From Nitrososphaerota archaeon (GTDB taxonomy: Archaea > Thermoproteota > Nitrososphaeria > Nitrososphaerales > Gagatemarchaeaceae): a stretch of 36,805 nt of DNA. Below are positions 1 to 8,253 of this stretch, in pieces. The DNA is taken from the NCBI GenBank assembly GCA_005877225.1, contig VBPK01000002.1, forward strand, positions 1 through 36,805, given 5' to 3'. Numbering within the stretch: position 1 is the stretch's first letter; every line of letters begins with the position of its first letter. Made by a program: the position numbers and the translations under genes. The notes beneath the pieces are model-generated. The model ran no database searches, was not told the origin of the DNA, and saw only the letters and a program-made list of their open reading frames with translations.

Positions 1-452
1 TGGTTGACGCGACGGGCAGTCCGCTTCCCCTCCGGTCATCCAGCACATTCGCGCTGGGCATCATCGCTTTCATCATGATGAAACTGACTCCGGCGTAAGC
101 AGCTCACGTTTTGAGGGGGGGCTCCAAAACTCACCACCCGAGACTTCCTAGCCTGGTAGGCTGACACGATAATTCCGTCTCGGCTGGACAAAGAGCTGGA
201 CTGGTCGCTTTCAGTTCGTGGGAAGAGTCTCCGGCAGATTCTGCTCTCTGAAAAGATACCGTTAATACAGCCGAGCTCAGTCGTCCCGCTCGCACACGAT
301 TGCGGACACGAATCATAATTGAGATGCACCTTTCCAAACGGGAGATAATTACTTGAGCTCAGGAAGGACTGACGCACTCCTGTTCGACATTCATCGACAG
401 AAGCTTCATGTTCGGTCCTTGTGGACAGGACAGTAAACTAGGTATAGTGACG

Positions 453-1547
453 ATGACCAAGAAGAGTTATTCCGTCGTCGTCATGGATGGCGATGGGATT
501 GGGCCAGAGGTCGTCCATGAAGCCCTCCGCGTCCTCGATGCTGCAGCCGAGAAATTTCACTTCAGACTCGATTACCTTCACGTTCCAGCAGGAGACGCGT
601 CCTTGCAGCAGTTTGGAGACGCGCTCCCTGAGAAGAGCGTTGAGGCATTCGCTTCGAGCGACGCGTGTCTTAAGGGACCGGTGGGAGAAAGTGTCAGAAC
701 CATCAACGACAAGCTGAGGTTCGGCTTCGACCTTTACGCTAACTTGAGGCCAGCTAGGTCTTACCCGGGTATTTGTCCCCCGGCATTGCGACCAAACATA
801 GACATGACAGTGATTAGGGAAAACTCGGAGGGTTTCTACCGAGGTTTGGAGAGTCGATTAACTCCTGACCTCGCTACAACCACGGGAGTTTTCTCGACCC
901 GCGGTGCCGAGCGAATAGCGGAGTTCACGTTTAGATACGCCAAGAGCAAGGTTAGACGCCCAGGTCTTGAACCCAGTGTGGTCCTCGCGACCAAGGCCAA
1001 CATTTTCCCACAGACACATGGTATGTACCTTAGGGCTTTTGAGAAGCTCTCTCACCGTTACCCCCAGATTGGCTTTCAACACTATTACGCGGACGCGTTG
1101 TGCGCCCACCTAGTCAGGAACCCAGAAAAGTTTGACGTAATCGTCTCGGAAAACCTCCTCGCTGATTTGCTGAGTGACCTCGCTGGCCAGGTCGCTGGCG
1201 GTTTAGGCATGACTCCCGGCACGAACATCAACTACGAGACAAAGCATGCCTACTTTGAGCCTACACACGGATGTGCACCCGATATTGCGGGAAAGGGGAT
1301 AGCCGATCCAATCGGTCAAATTAGGTCGGGAGGTCTAATGCTTGAATATATCGGCGCCGTTCACGGAGACTCTGCTCTCAGACGGGCTGCGATCGCAATC
1401 GAGAAATCGATTGGTTCTCTGTTGAGTAAACCAAAGCGCTTACAACTGCCACAAGAGCTCGGGGGAGAAGCTGGGTCAAAGAAGGTGACCGACGTCTTGA
1501 TTTCCAAGTTGAAGGAGGACGGCGAAAGAAGGACGAGCTTCTCGTGA
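453..1547 (+). CDS. Isocitrate/isopropylmalate dehydrogenase family protein (3-isopropylmalate- or tartrate-dehydrogenase-like)
   Basis: Part of ORF 408..1547. Motifs VVMDGDGIGPEV, VIRENSEGFY and EPTHGCAPDIAGKGIADP are typical of beta-decarboxylating dehydrogenases. Start trimmed to ATG 453 (MTKKSYSVVV), because the upstream 15 codons have no family counterpart. Confidence 0.85.
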   Translation: MTKKSYSVVVMDGDGIGPEVVHEALRVLDAAAEKFHFRLDYLHVPAGDASLQQFGDALPEKSVEAFASSDACLKGPVGESVRTINDKLRFGFDLYANLRPARSYPGICPPALRPNIDMTVIRENSEGFYRGLESRLTPDLATTTGVFSTRGAERIAEFTFRYAKSKVRRPGLEPSVVLATKANIFPQTHGMYLRAFEKLSHRYPQIGFQHYYADALCAHLVRNPEKFDVIVSENLLADLLSDLAGQVAGGLGMTPGTNINYETKHAYFEPTHGCAPDIAGKGIADPIGQIRSGGLMLEYIGAVHGDSALRRAAIAIEKSIGSLLSKPKRLQLPQELGGEAGSKKVTDVLISKLKEDGERRTSFS

Positions 1548-1561
1548 GTGAGTCTTTTTGG

Positions 1562-2575
1562 TCAGACCACCATTCTCTTTTCTATCCCAACGCCTTTCTT
1601 GACGGCTCGTTTGTATTCCTCAAAGACGACCACCGAGTCCTGTAGGGCAATTCCCGTGGAGTCGAATACAGTTAGGTCTCGGTCCGAAGTTCTTCCGATC
1701 TTCTTTCCCACGATGACTTCTCCGAGGGTTCCAGCTATGTCTCCGAGCTTGATCTGCTTTTGGGCCAAAGGAACATTGATTTCGCCATCTCGGATGCATT
1801 GAGCCAAGTCATCGACATAGATCTTCGCCCGTTTGAGAATTGTGATTTCTAGTTCCTGTTTTCCTGTCATGTCGGCGCCCATCGCTGCGATGTGAGTGCC
1901 CTCGTCGACCCACGCATTCCTTACCACTGGAGAGGTAGCAGGTGTAGATGTTCCGATTATGTCCATGCCTTTCGTCGCTTCTTTTGCTTCCGCCACGGCT
2001 CGAATGTCGAGATCGTACTTTCGGCTGTTCTCTCTTACGAATCTCTTGGAAGTATCGGGAGAGCGACTCCAAACTCTGACCTTCCTAAGTCCAAAGAGAT
2101 CTTGGATGGAGGCAAGGAGCCCTGTTGCTACAAACCCTCCTCCCACGAGTCCCAGATTTTCGGATCCTTTCCTCGCCAGGTACTTGGCCGAAACACCGCC
2201 TGCGGCACCGGTGCGCATGAGTGTGTGGTAGGTTCCATCGCAGATTGCAAGGGGGAATCCAGTCCTTGGGTCGGTGTAGACGAGAGTCGAGAAAACGTTG
2301 GGGAGCCCAAATTTTTCTCGGTTTTCTTCTCGTATCGCCACCCACTTACACGCGGAGGTCTCAGGTTCTTCGCAGTAGGAGGGCATCGCTTCCCACTCAC
2401 CATGGTACTTTGGAATGACGATGTGCATCTTCGGATCCATCTTGTACTTGTGTAATCCGTGCGCGCGGAACGCTCTCTCGACGGCGTTGTTGTATTCAGC
2501 GACTGTTAGGAGGCCTTCGATGTCGCTCCTGCCAAGGATGAGAGTCTTGCGCGAGCTCCAGCTAGTCTTGGGCAT
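1562..2575 (-). CDS. Ornithine cyclodeaminase / mu-crystallin family protein (archaeal alanine-dehydrogenase-like)
   Basis: 337-aa ORF. It has MRTGAAGGVSAKYLA, then the NAD-binding LGLVGGGFVA, and a family-typical C-terminal GxD..G...D region. Convergent with the upstream dehydrogenase. Confidence 0.85.
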   Translation of the reverse strand: MPKTSWSSRKTLILGRSDIEGLLTVAEYNNAVERAFRAHGLHKYKMDPKMHIVIPKYHGEWEAMPSYCEEPETSACKWVAIREENREKFGLPNVFSTLVYTDPRTGFPLAICDGTYHTLMRTGAAGGVSAKYLARKGSENLGLVGGGFVATGLLASIQDLFGLRKVRVWSRSPDTSKRFVRENSRKYDLDIRAVAEAKEATKGMDIIGTSTPATSPVVRNAWVDEGTHIAAMGADMTGKQELEITILKRAKIYVDDLAQCIRDGEINVPLAQKQIKLGDIAGTLGEVIVGKKIGRTSDRDLTVFDSTGIALQDSVVVFEEYKRAVKKGVGIEKRMVV

Positions 2576-2745
2576 CCGGCCAGATATCTTTTCGTTCTCG
2601 TGATAAGGATTTTCTGATCGGTCCTATTAGGATTGAGGCCTAATGTACCGCGGTGACGCGAGAATGAACGTGTTGTTCGAGTACGCCCTCTCGACACTGA
2701 AACAGTGGGTATTTTACTGGAAGTTACCAACCCGCAGGGAAGGTC

Positions 2746-4023
2746 ATGCATCCGATGGGAGAGCAACGTTCAGGAAGGTACAGCTGGGCAGTTCTAACGT
2801 CAGCTACCCTCGTCGCCTTGTCAATGAATCTTACGCTGTTCAGCCCAGGACCTGTCCTCAATTCAATTCGCCAAGGACTTCACACGTCTTTCGCAGAAAT
2901 AGGCCTCATCTTCACCTTGCCCGCTGTCATTACATCGGTGTTCTCACTGATCGGCGGCGTTCTTGCGGACTCAATCGGCATCAGAAGGGTCGCAGGAGCG
3001 GGTGGGGTGTTGCTCGGATTAGGCGGACTGCTCCGAGGCACCACTGTTGACTTTCTTACGTTCCTCCTTTTCACTGGTCTCTTTGCTGTAGGCCTCGGAC
3101 TAGCTCTACCAAACCTGCCCAAGGCAATAAACGGTTGGTTCCCCAAGTCGACAGTTGGTCTCGCATCGGGAATCTACGTAATGGGTTTTCCTCTCGGAGC
3201 CTCACTCGCGTCGGGAGTGACCACGTATCTTGCCGAAGCAACTGGTGGCTGGCAGGGAGCACTGAGGTCATGGGGGTTGGTTGCATTGAGCTTTTCGGCC
3301 GTGTGGTTGATCGTCGTCAGGGAGCCAAGAGGGAGTAAAGACATGGTGAAGGGGTCTCTTGGACTGCCGGGATCCGTGGCACGCAATTTTCCCCTCTGGG
3401 TAGTGGCGGCGTCTCTCTTCATGAACACCTCAATCTTCTCGATAGAAGTGGGGTGGTTTCCCACGCTCTTGGCAGAGCGAGGCGCTTCTGGGCAGGAGGC
3501 GGGCTTGATGGTATCGATCTTCTCGATCGCGAATATGTTCACGGTGTTTGTCGTTCCCACCCTCTCCGGTCGGCTGGGCCTTAGGCGGCCTTTTATCTGG
3601 GCGTTCGCCGGAACGTCTGCTCTTGCGGTCACCTCACTCATCATTGCTCCGCCTTCGGCCGCATGGATAATCCTCCCTGTCCTGGGTGGCGCGGTAGCGG
3701 GTCCTTTCGCGATGGGGTTCCTGCTCCCCGCTGACTTGGTTGATTATTCACATCTGGGTTCTGCCAGTGGCATTGTCCTTTCCGTGGGTTGGCTTGGCAT
3801 TGGGTTTGGTTCGTGGCTGGCGGGATTGCTGAGAGACTTGTCAGGCAGCTTCTACACGACGCTTGTCGCCATTGTCATCAGCGCATTGCTTATTGTTGCG
3901 CTTGCGTTCGTTCTCCCTGAAACGGGCAGGAGAGGCAGGTACGCAAGGAGTTCGACGAAGCGGGAACCTCCTGCTCATGAGGATGATTTGACACCGACGG
4001 GGGAATCCATTCGAATCGTTTAA
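2746..4023 (+). CDS. MFS transporter (CynX/NarK-like architecture)
   Basis: 425-aa, highly hydrophobic ORF with about 12 predicted TM segments. It shares the LPNLPK..GWFP and GLLRD motifs with the paralog at 8250..9488. Confidence 0.85.
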   Translation: MHPMGEQRSGRYSWAVLTSATLVALSMNLTLFSPGPVLNSIRQGLHTSFAEIGLIFTLPAVITSVFSLIGGVLADSIGIRRVAGAGGVLLGLGGLLRGTTVDFLTFLLFTGLFAVGLGLALPNLPKAINGWFPKSTVGLASGIYVMGFPLGASLASGVTTYLAEATGGWQGALRSWGLVALSFSAVWLIVVREPRGSKDMVKGSLGLPGSVARNFPLWVVAASLFMNTSIFSIEVGWFPTLLAERGASGQEAGLMVSIFSIANMFTVFVVPTLSGRLGLRRPFIWAFAGTSALAVTSLIIAPPSAAWIILPVLGGAVAGPFAMGFLLPADLVDYSHLGSASGIVLSVGWLGIGFGSWLAGLLRDLSGSFYTTLVAIVISALLIVALAFVLPETGRRGRYARSSTKREPPAHEDDLTPTGESIRIV

Positions 4024-4558
4024 GGGGAGAGTTGCCCCCACCGTTCAGGTATCAAATCGTGCCTATCGTTGAAGTTCCGAAAAATCTTCACGCACCGGTA
4101 GACAGGCTTTTTTTCAATGGTGCACTGACTACAGCGAGAGGGATGCGTTGATAGCGGGAACACACGCTCCCGAAGAGTTGTTGAGTGAGAGGCAAGCACT
4201 GTGTATTCGGAGGACGAGTAGCTAGATCCAAGGATTCCAAAAAGAGGCGCACAGAGGTTACACTTCCGTCCACTAGAGAGAAGGTGGCGGGGTTTGAAGG
4301 AGGGTAGCCATTGGCAAGGGACGGGCACCTACACGCTGTGAAGATATGCCAGGGCTCAAAGCTGGGTGTACGCTTTGACATCAAGAGCATAGAGGGAGAC
4401 TTCGCCGGATAAATTGTGTGCACGAGTTAACGAGAGATGGGGAAGATACGGTGCCGCGCCGAAGTCTGAAGTAGGGTTCATTAATCACAGGCCCCGCCAG
4501 TTGCTCAAAGAGCCATATCGCCCGTCGCGCCCAAAAAATCCACTGGACTGAAATTGAA

Positions 4559-5674
4559 ATGATTCACGATGTCGCAATCGTTGGTGGGGGAATATGCGGC
4601 CTCTCCATCGGATGGAAACTCGCAAAAAGGGGACTGAGGGTACTGATTCTTGAGAAAGGTGAGGCTGGCCACGGAGCGACCTGGGCGGCTCTCGGCATTC
4701 TTTTTCCAAGGGTAGGTGATGACCCAAGAGGTCCCGCCTTCACAAAGTTGTGCGTCGAGAGTCACAGATTATGGCCGACTTTCGCCAAAGAGGTGGAATC
4801 AGAATCGGGAATTGAGATCGATTACGGCAGGGAGGGGACGCTGCTCCCCGCATTCGAAGCTCGTGAGGAAGACCAGTTAAGAAGGCAGTACGCACTACTG
4901 CGAAAATCGAGAGTTGGAGCGAAGTGGGTCAGCGGGAAGGAATTGCGGTCTCTCGAGCCTAACATGTCGTACGGCGTAAGGTCCGCCCTCTTCAATCCAC
5001 TCGTCCACCGGGTAGACAACCGGAAACTGGCGCTCGCTCTTAAGAAGGCATTTCTTGTCGTTGGCGACTTTCGGGAGAAAACCTCGGTAGCTAAAATCGT
5101 GATTCAGGGCGGCAGGGTAATCGGAGTAAGCGCAGGCGGGAGCACGATCCGAGCTCACAAGGTGATCATCGCGGCCGGAGCTTGGTCGGCAGGCATCCCC
5201 GGGTTAGAAGAAAGAATACGTCCTCCCGTCAGACCTGTCAAGGGACAGGTGATTTCCGTGAAGGTCCCTGAGGGAAGGAGATTGCTCTCTCACGTGATTC
5301 ATTACGCCGACACCTTCTTAGTCCAGAGAAGGGATGGAAGGCTACTGATAGGAGCGACTGTGGAGGAGAGAGGGTTCGACACAAAGGTCACGGCTGGCGC
5401 CATCTCCAAGCTTCTCACCGTTGCTCTAGCTGTCATCCCGGACATCGACACTCTTCCACTGGGAGAGGCGTGGGCGGGAACAAGGCCAGGTAGCCCGGAC
5501 GGCGCGCCAATCTTAGGTGGCACCAACGTCGAGGGCTTGGTAATGGCGACGGGGCACTTCAGAAATGGAATCCTCCTCGCCCCCATCACCGCCGATCTAG
5601 TTTCGGAGTACGTCATTTCGGACAAGTTGCCAGCGCTCGCCCAACCCTTCACCATGAATCGTTTCAGCAATTGA
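4559..5674 (+). CDS. FAD-dependent oxidoreductase, glycine oxidase (ThiO)/D-amino-acid-oxidase family
   Basis: N-terminal dinucleotide-binding motif DVAIVGGGICGLS. C-terminal ATGHFRNGILLAP motif is typical of glycine/sarcosine-type DAO enzymes. Confidence 0.85.
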   Translation: MIHDVAIVGGGICGLSIGWKLAKRGLRVLILEKGEAGHGATWAALGILFPRVGDDPRGPAFTKLCVESHRLWPTFAKEVESESGIEIDYGREGTLLPAFEAREEDQLRRQYALLRKSRVGAKWVSGKELRSLEPNMSYGVRSALFNPLVHRVDNRKLALALKKAFLVVGDFREKTSVAKIVIQGGRVIGVSAGGSTIRAHKVIIAAGAWSAGIPGLEERIRPPVRPVKGQVISVKVPEGRRLLSHVIHYADTFLVQRRDGRLLIGATVEERGFDTKVTAGAISKLLTVALAVIPDIDTLPLGEAWAGTRPGSPDGAPILGGTNVEGLVMATGHFRNGILLAPITADLVSEYVISDKLPALAQPFTMNRFSN

Positions 5675-5848
5675 CCGCAGATAATTCAGAGGAATCGGCA
5701 GTGGCTCTCATTCCACCCCGCCGTATTAAATCTTGGGAACTTTCGTTGTCGACACAAGTGGGTATCTCTTCGATGCGCAATAAACACGCTCATCTGGCAT
5801 CGACAGAATCCCAATCCCTGAGTAAAGCACTCCGACCGGACTCGGGTT

Positions 5849-7189
5849 CTATTCTATTTCTTTGTCAGAAATGTTCAGCGACTCGTCCAGAGCATCAATG
5901 CCCTGATCAATCTCGTTTCGACTTATTATCAATGGAGGCGCGATTACAAAATGACTCAACCAATTCAGGATGTATACGCCCCTAGACATCATCTCAGACG
6001 CCATCCTGTCAAGAACAGACGCCTTGCCAGACAGCTTGTCTTTGGGATTGGTGAAAGGTTCTTTTGTCTTCCTATTCTTTACTAATTCGACAGCCCAGAA
6101 GAGTCCTATCCCTCTGACGTCTCCCACAGATTCGTGTTTTTCTTTCAACTCGCTCAGTCTCTTCCCCGTGTAAGCACCTTTCTTTTTTGCTTCTGTGATC
6201 AGGTCCAGCCGCAAGTACTCCTTTATTGCGGCTACGGCAGGCGCCAACGTGAGCGGATGCGCTTCATACGTGTGTCCGTGCGCAAAGTAGTGGTCCTCAA
6301 AGTAATCGGCGATCTCTCTCGTTGTCGCTGTAAGCCCTAGAGGCGCGTATGCTCCGGTTATGCCCTTAGCAGTTGTGAGGATGTCGGGCTTGACCTTCCA
6401 GTGATTGACAGCGAACCATTCGCCCGTTCTGCCCCACCCAGACATTACTTCGTCGGCAATGAGTAGAACGTCGTTCTTGTCAGCAATCTCCCTCACCATA
6501 GGAAGGTATTCTTTTGGGGGAACCAAGACCCCGTTAGTTCCAACGACCGGCTCTAGCATTATGGCGGCAACATTGCCTTCGTTCTTTATCATGTAGTCGA
6601 TGTATTCAGCGCTTGCTATCCCCGGGTTAGGATGATCTGAGCCGAAGGGAGAACGATACGTGTCAGCGTCAGGTGCAAAGATCACTCCATCCATCTTGCC
6701 CACAGGTTCTGCGGTCCACCTGCGGAGGTCACCAGTCGCGGCGATCGAGCCCGCTGTGGAACCATGATACGAACGGTACCTCGAGATTATCTTGTGCTTT
6801 CCGGTGAATAGCCTCGCGATCTTGATCGCAGCTTCGTTGGCCTCAGTACCCGAAGTGGTGAAGAAGAATTTCTCCAGGCCCTCCGGCAGTAATTTCAGAA
6901 GTGACTTGCTTAATTCCGCTCGTACCGTGGTCGCGAATCCAGGAGAGATGTAGGGCAACTCCTTTGCCTGTTTACATATCGCATCGATTACCGCCTTGTT
7001 CTTGTGCCCCAGGTTTGAGCACATGAGCTGAGACGAAAAATCAAGGTACTTCTTCCCAGCGGCATCAAGGAAATAACAGCCCTCAGCATCGACAATGTGA
7101 AGAGGCTTCCATCCACGCTGATACCGCCACGTCCCGTACGTATGCCTGACAGTTAGATCCAATACCTCATCCGACTTCGGAACTAACAC
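5849..7189 (-). CDS. Class-III PLP-dependent aminotransferase (omega-amino acid / beta-alanine:pyruvate-type)
   Basis: 446-aa ORF with a GTG start. Motifs TTSGTEANEAAIK, ADEVMSGWGRTG and the PLP-lysine context DILTTAKG. Confidence 0.9.
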   Translation of the reverse strand: MLVPKSDEVLDLTVRHTYGTWRYQRGWKPLHIVDAEGCYFLDAAGKKYLDFSSQLMCSNLGHKNKAVIDAICKQAKELPYISPGFATTVRAELSKSLLKLLPEGLEKFFFTTSGTEANEAAIKIARLFTGKHKIISRYRSYHGSTAGSIAATGDLRRWTAEPVGKMDGVIFAPDADTYRSPFGSDHPNPGIASAEYIDYMIKNEGNVAAIMLEPVVGTNGVLVPPKEYLPMVREIADKNDVLLIADEVMSGWGRTGEWFAVNHWKVKPDILTTAKGITGAYAPLGLTATTREIADYFEDHYFAHGHTYEAHPLTLAPAVAAIKEYLRLDLITEAKKKGAYTGKRLSELKEKHESVGDVRGIGLFWAVELVKNRKTKEPFTNPKDKLSGKASVLDRMASEMMSRGVYILNWLSHFVIAPPLIISRNEIDQGIDALDESLNISDKEIE

Positions 7190-7213
7190 GATTCCGGAGA
7201 CTCAATGATGTTG

Positions 7214-7219
7214 TATAAA
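7214..7219 (-). promoter_or_regulatory. TATA-like box (TTTATA on minus strand) about 25 nt upstream of the GTG start at 7189
   Basis: Minus-strand reading is gaaagTTTATAcaacatcattgagtctccggaatcGTG. The spacing fits an archaeal leaderless or near-leaderless promoter. Confidence 0.4.
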
Positions 7220-7359
7220 CTTTCCCAACCTTGACCGAGCAGAAAAGCGACGACAGTCTCCCACAAAGAATGCAAGAGGGGCAGCCCCTCGCGAGGAGAT
7301 GTCATCGAACTTTTGGGAAGCATGCTTAAGAAAGAGACATATTTCTTCTTAACGAAGAA

Positions 7360-8253
7360 TTGGACTTCAAGATCGGTTTCATCGGATTAGGCAAGATGGG
7401 CGGGCCCATGGCTGCCAATCTCCTGAACGCGGGTTTCACCCTGGCGGTGTACGACATCGACAGAGACTCAATGGCTGCGGTTGCCTCGAAGGGCGCGCGC
7501 GTTTGTTCTGACCCGAAAGAGGTAGCATCAAATTGCAATGTCATCATGACATCTCTTCCTTCGCCAGAAAGTCTTGAGGAGGTGATTCTCGGGGAGAAGG
7601 GCGTCTTGGATGGAGTGAGAGACCACTCGATACTGATAACGACCGACACGATCCTGCCAGAAACAATTTACAGGATATCTGAGGAGGCGAAGGAGAAAGG
7701 CGTATCGGTTCTCGATGCTCCTGTCAGCGGTGGACCGCACGGCGCGAGAGCGGCCACCCTGACAATTATGGTCGGCGGAGACAAACAGATTTTCGAAGTG
7801 TGTACACCGATCTTCAGAGCGATTGCGAAAAATGTTCTCCACGTAGGTCCGTCGGGAGCGGGCTGCATTGCAAAACTCGTCAATAATCTCTGCTCCCTGG
7901 CAAATACGGCGGCGGCCTGCGAAGGATTCGTGCTCGGCGTAAAGGCAGGCATCGATCCGAAGATCCTGCACGAAGTCATCTCTACAGGGACCGGCAGGAG
8001 CTACGCTGTCGAGTATAAGATTCCGCATCAGATAGCCAAAGGCAACTTTGAGCCTGGATTCTCTGTTAGGATCGCAGCAAAGGACCTATCGCTCATAACC
8101 GCACTCGGAAGGGCTCACGGTGTCCCTCTCTTCCTGACGAGCGCCGTCGAACAGCTCTACCAGCTCGCGAAGGCGAAAGGTCTGAGCGAAAAAGATCACG
8201 TCGCAATCGTAACAGTCCTGGAAGAGATCGCCGGAGTCAAGGTGCGATTCTAA
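7360..8253 (+). CDS. NAD(P)-dependent 3-hydroxyisobutyrate dehydrogenase family oxidoreductase (beta-hydroxyacid dehydrogenase)
   Basis: TTG start. N-terminal IGFIGLGKMGGPMAANL Rossmann motif and DAPVSGG motif. Length 297 aa is typical for the family. Confidence 0.9.
   Translation: MDFKIGFIGLGKMGGPMAANLLNAGFTLAVYDIDRDSMAAVASKGARVCSDPKEVASNCNVIMTSLPSPESLEEVILGEKGVLDGVRDHSILITTDTILPETIYRISEEAKEKGVSVLDAPVSGGPHGARAATLTIMVGGDKQIFEVCTPIFRAIAKNVLHVGPSGAGCIAKLVNNLCSLANTAAACEGFVLGVKAGIDPKILHEVISTGTGRSYAVEYKIPHQIAKGNFEPGFSVRIAAKDLSLITALGRAHGVPLFLTSAVEQLYQLAKAKGLSEKDHVAIVTVLEEIAGVKVRF

Noticed and set aside
75-87. ATGATGA followed by CTGA, resembling C and D boxes of an archaeal C/D sRNA
   Set aside because: The boxes are only 2 nt apart. 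There is no guide-length spacer, no second C'/D pair and no terminal stem.
3-98. Open frame entering from the left edge and ending ...STFALGIIAFIMMKLTPA-stop; possibly the 3' end of a membrane-protein gene
   Set aside because: Only 31 codons are visible and there is no motif. Hydrophobic composition alone is not enough to call a feature.
36-377. 113-aa minus-strand ORF (and nested 131..337) in the left-edge gap
   Set aside because: It is Ser-rich and low-complexity, with no recognisable domain and no promoter or RBS signal. I cannot support it as a gene. The ~350-nt region 99..452 stays unassigned.
4380-4558. Fragments reminiscent of riboswitch cores upstream of the ThiO-like gene (CGCCGAAG and AAUCACAGGC versus the glycine riboswitch; GGAUAA and CUGAAG versus the TPP element)
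   Set aside because: The conserved blocks are incomplete, in the wrong order for TPP, and lack the GGAGAG/GGGGCAA or CUGAGA/ACCUGAUC cores. The resemblance is at chance level by eye. Only an Infernal search could revive it.
8250-8253. Convergent dehydrogenase and MFS genes share overlapping stop codons (CTAA read as TAA on plus and TAG on minus)
   Set aside because: The overlap is real in the sequence. It is a trivial consequence of compact gene packing, with no evidence of regulatory meaning.
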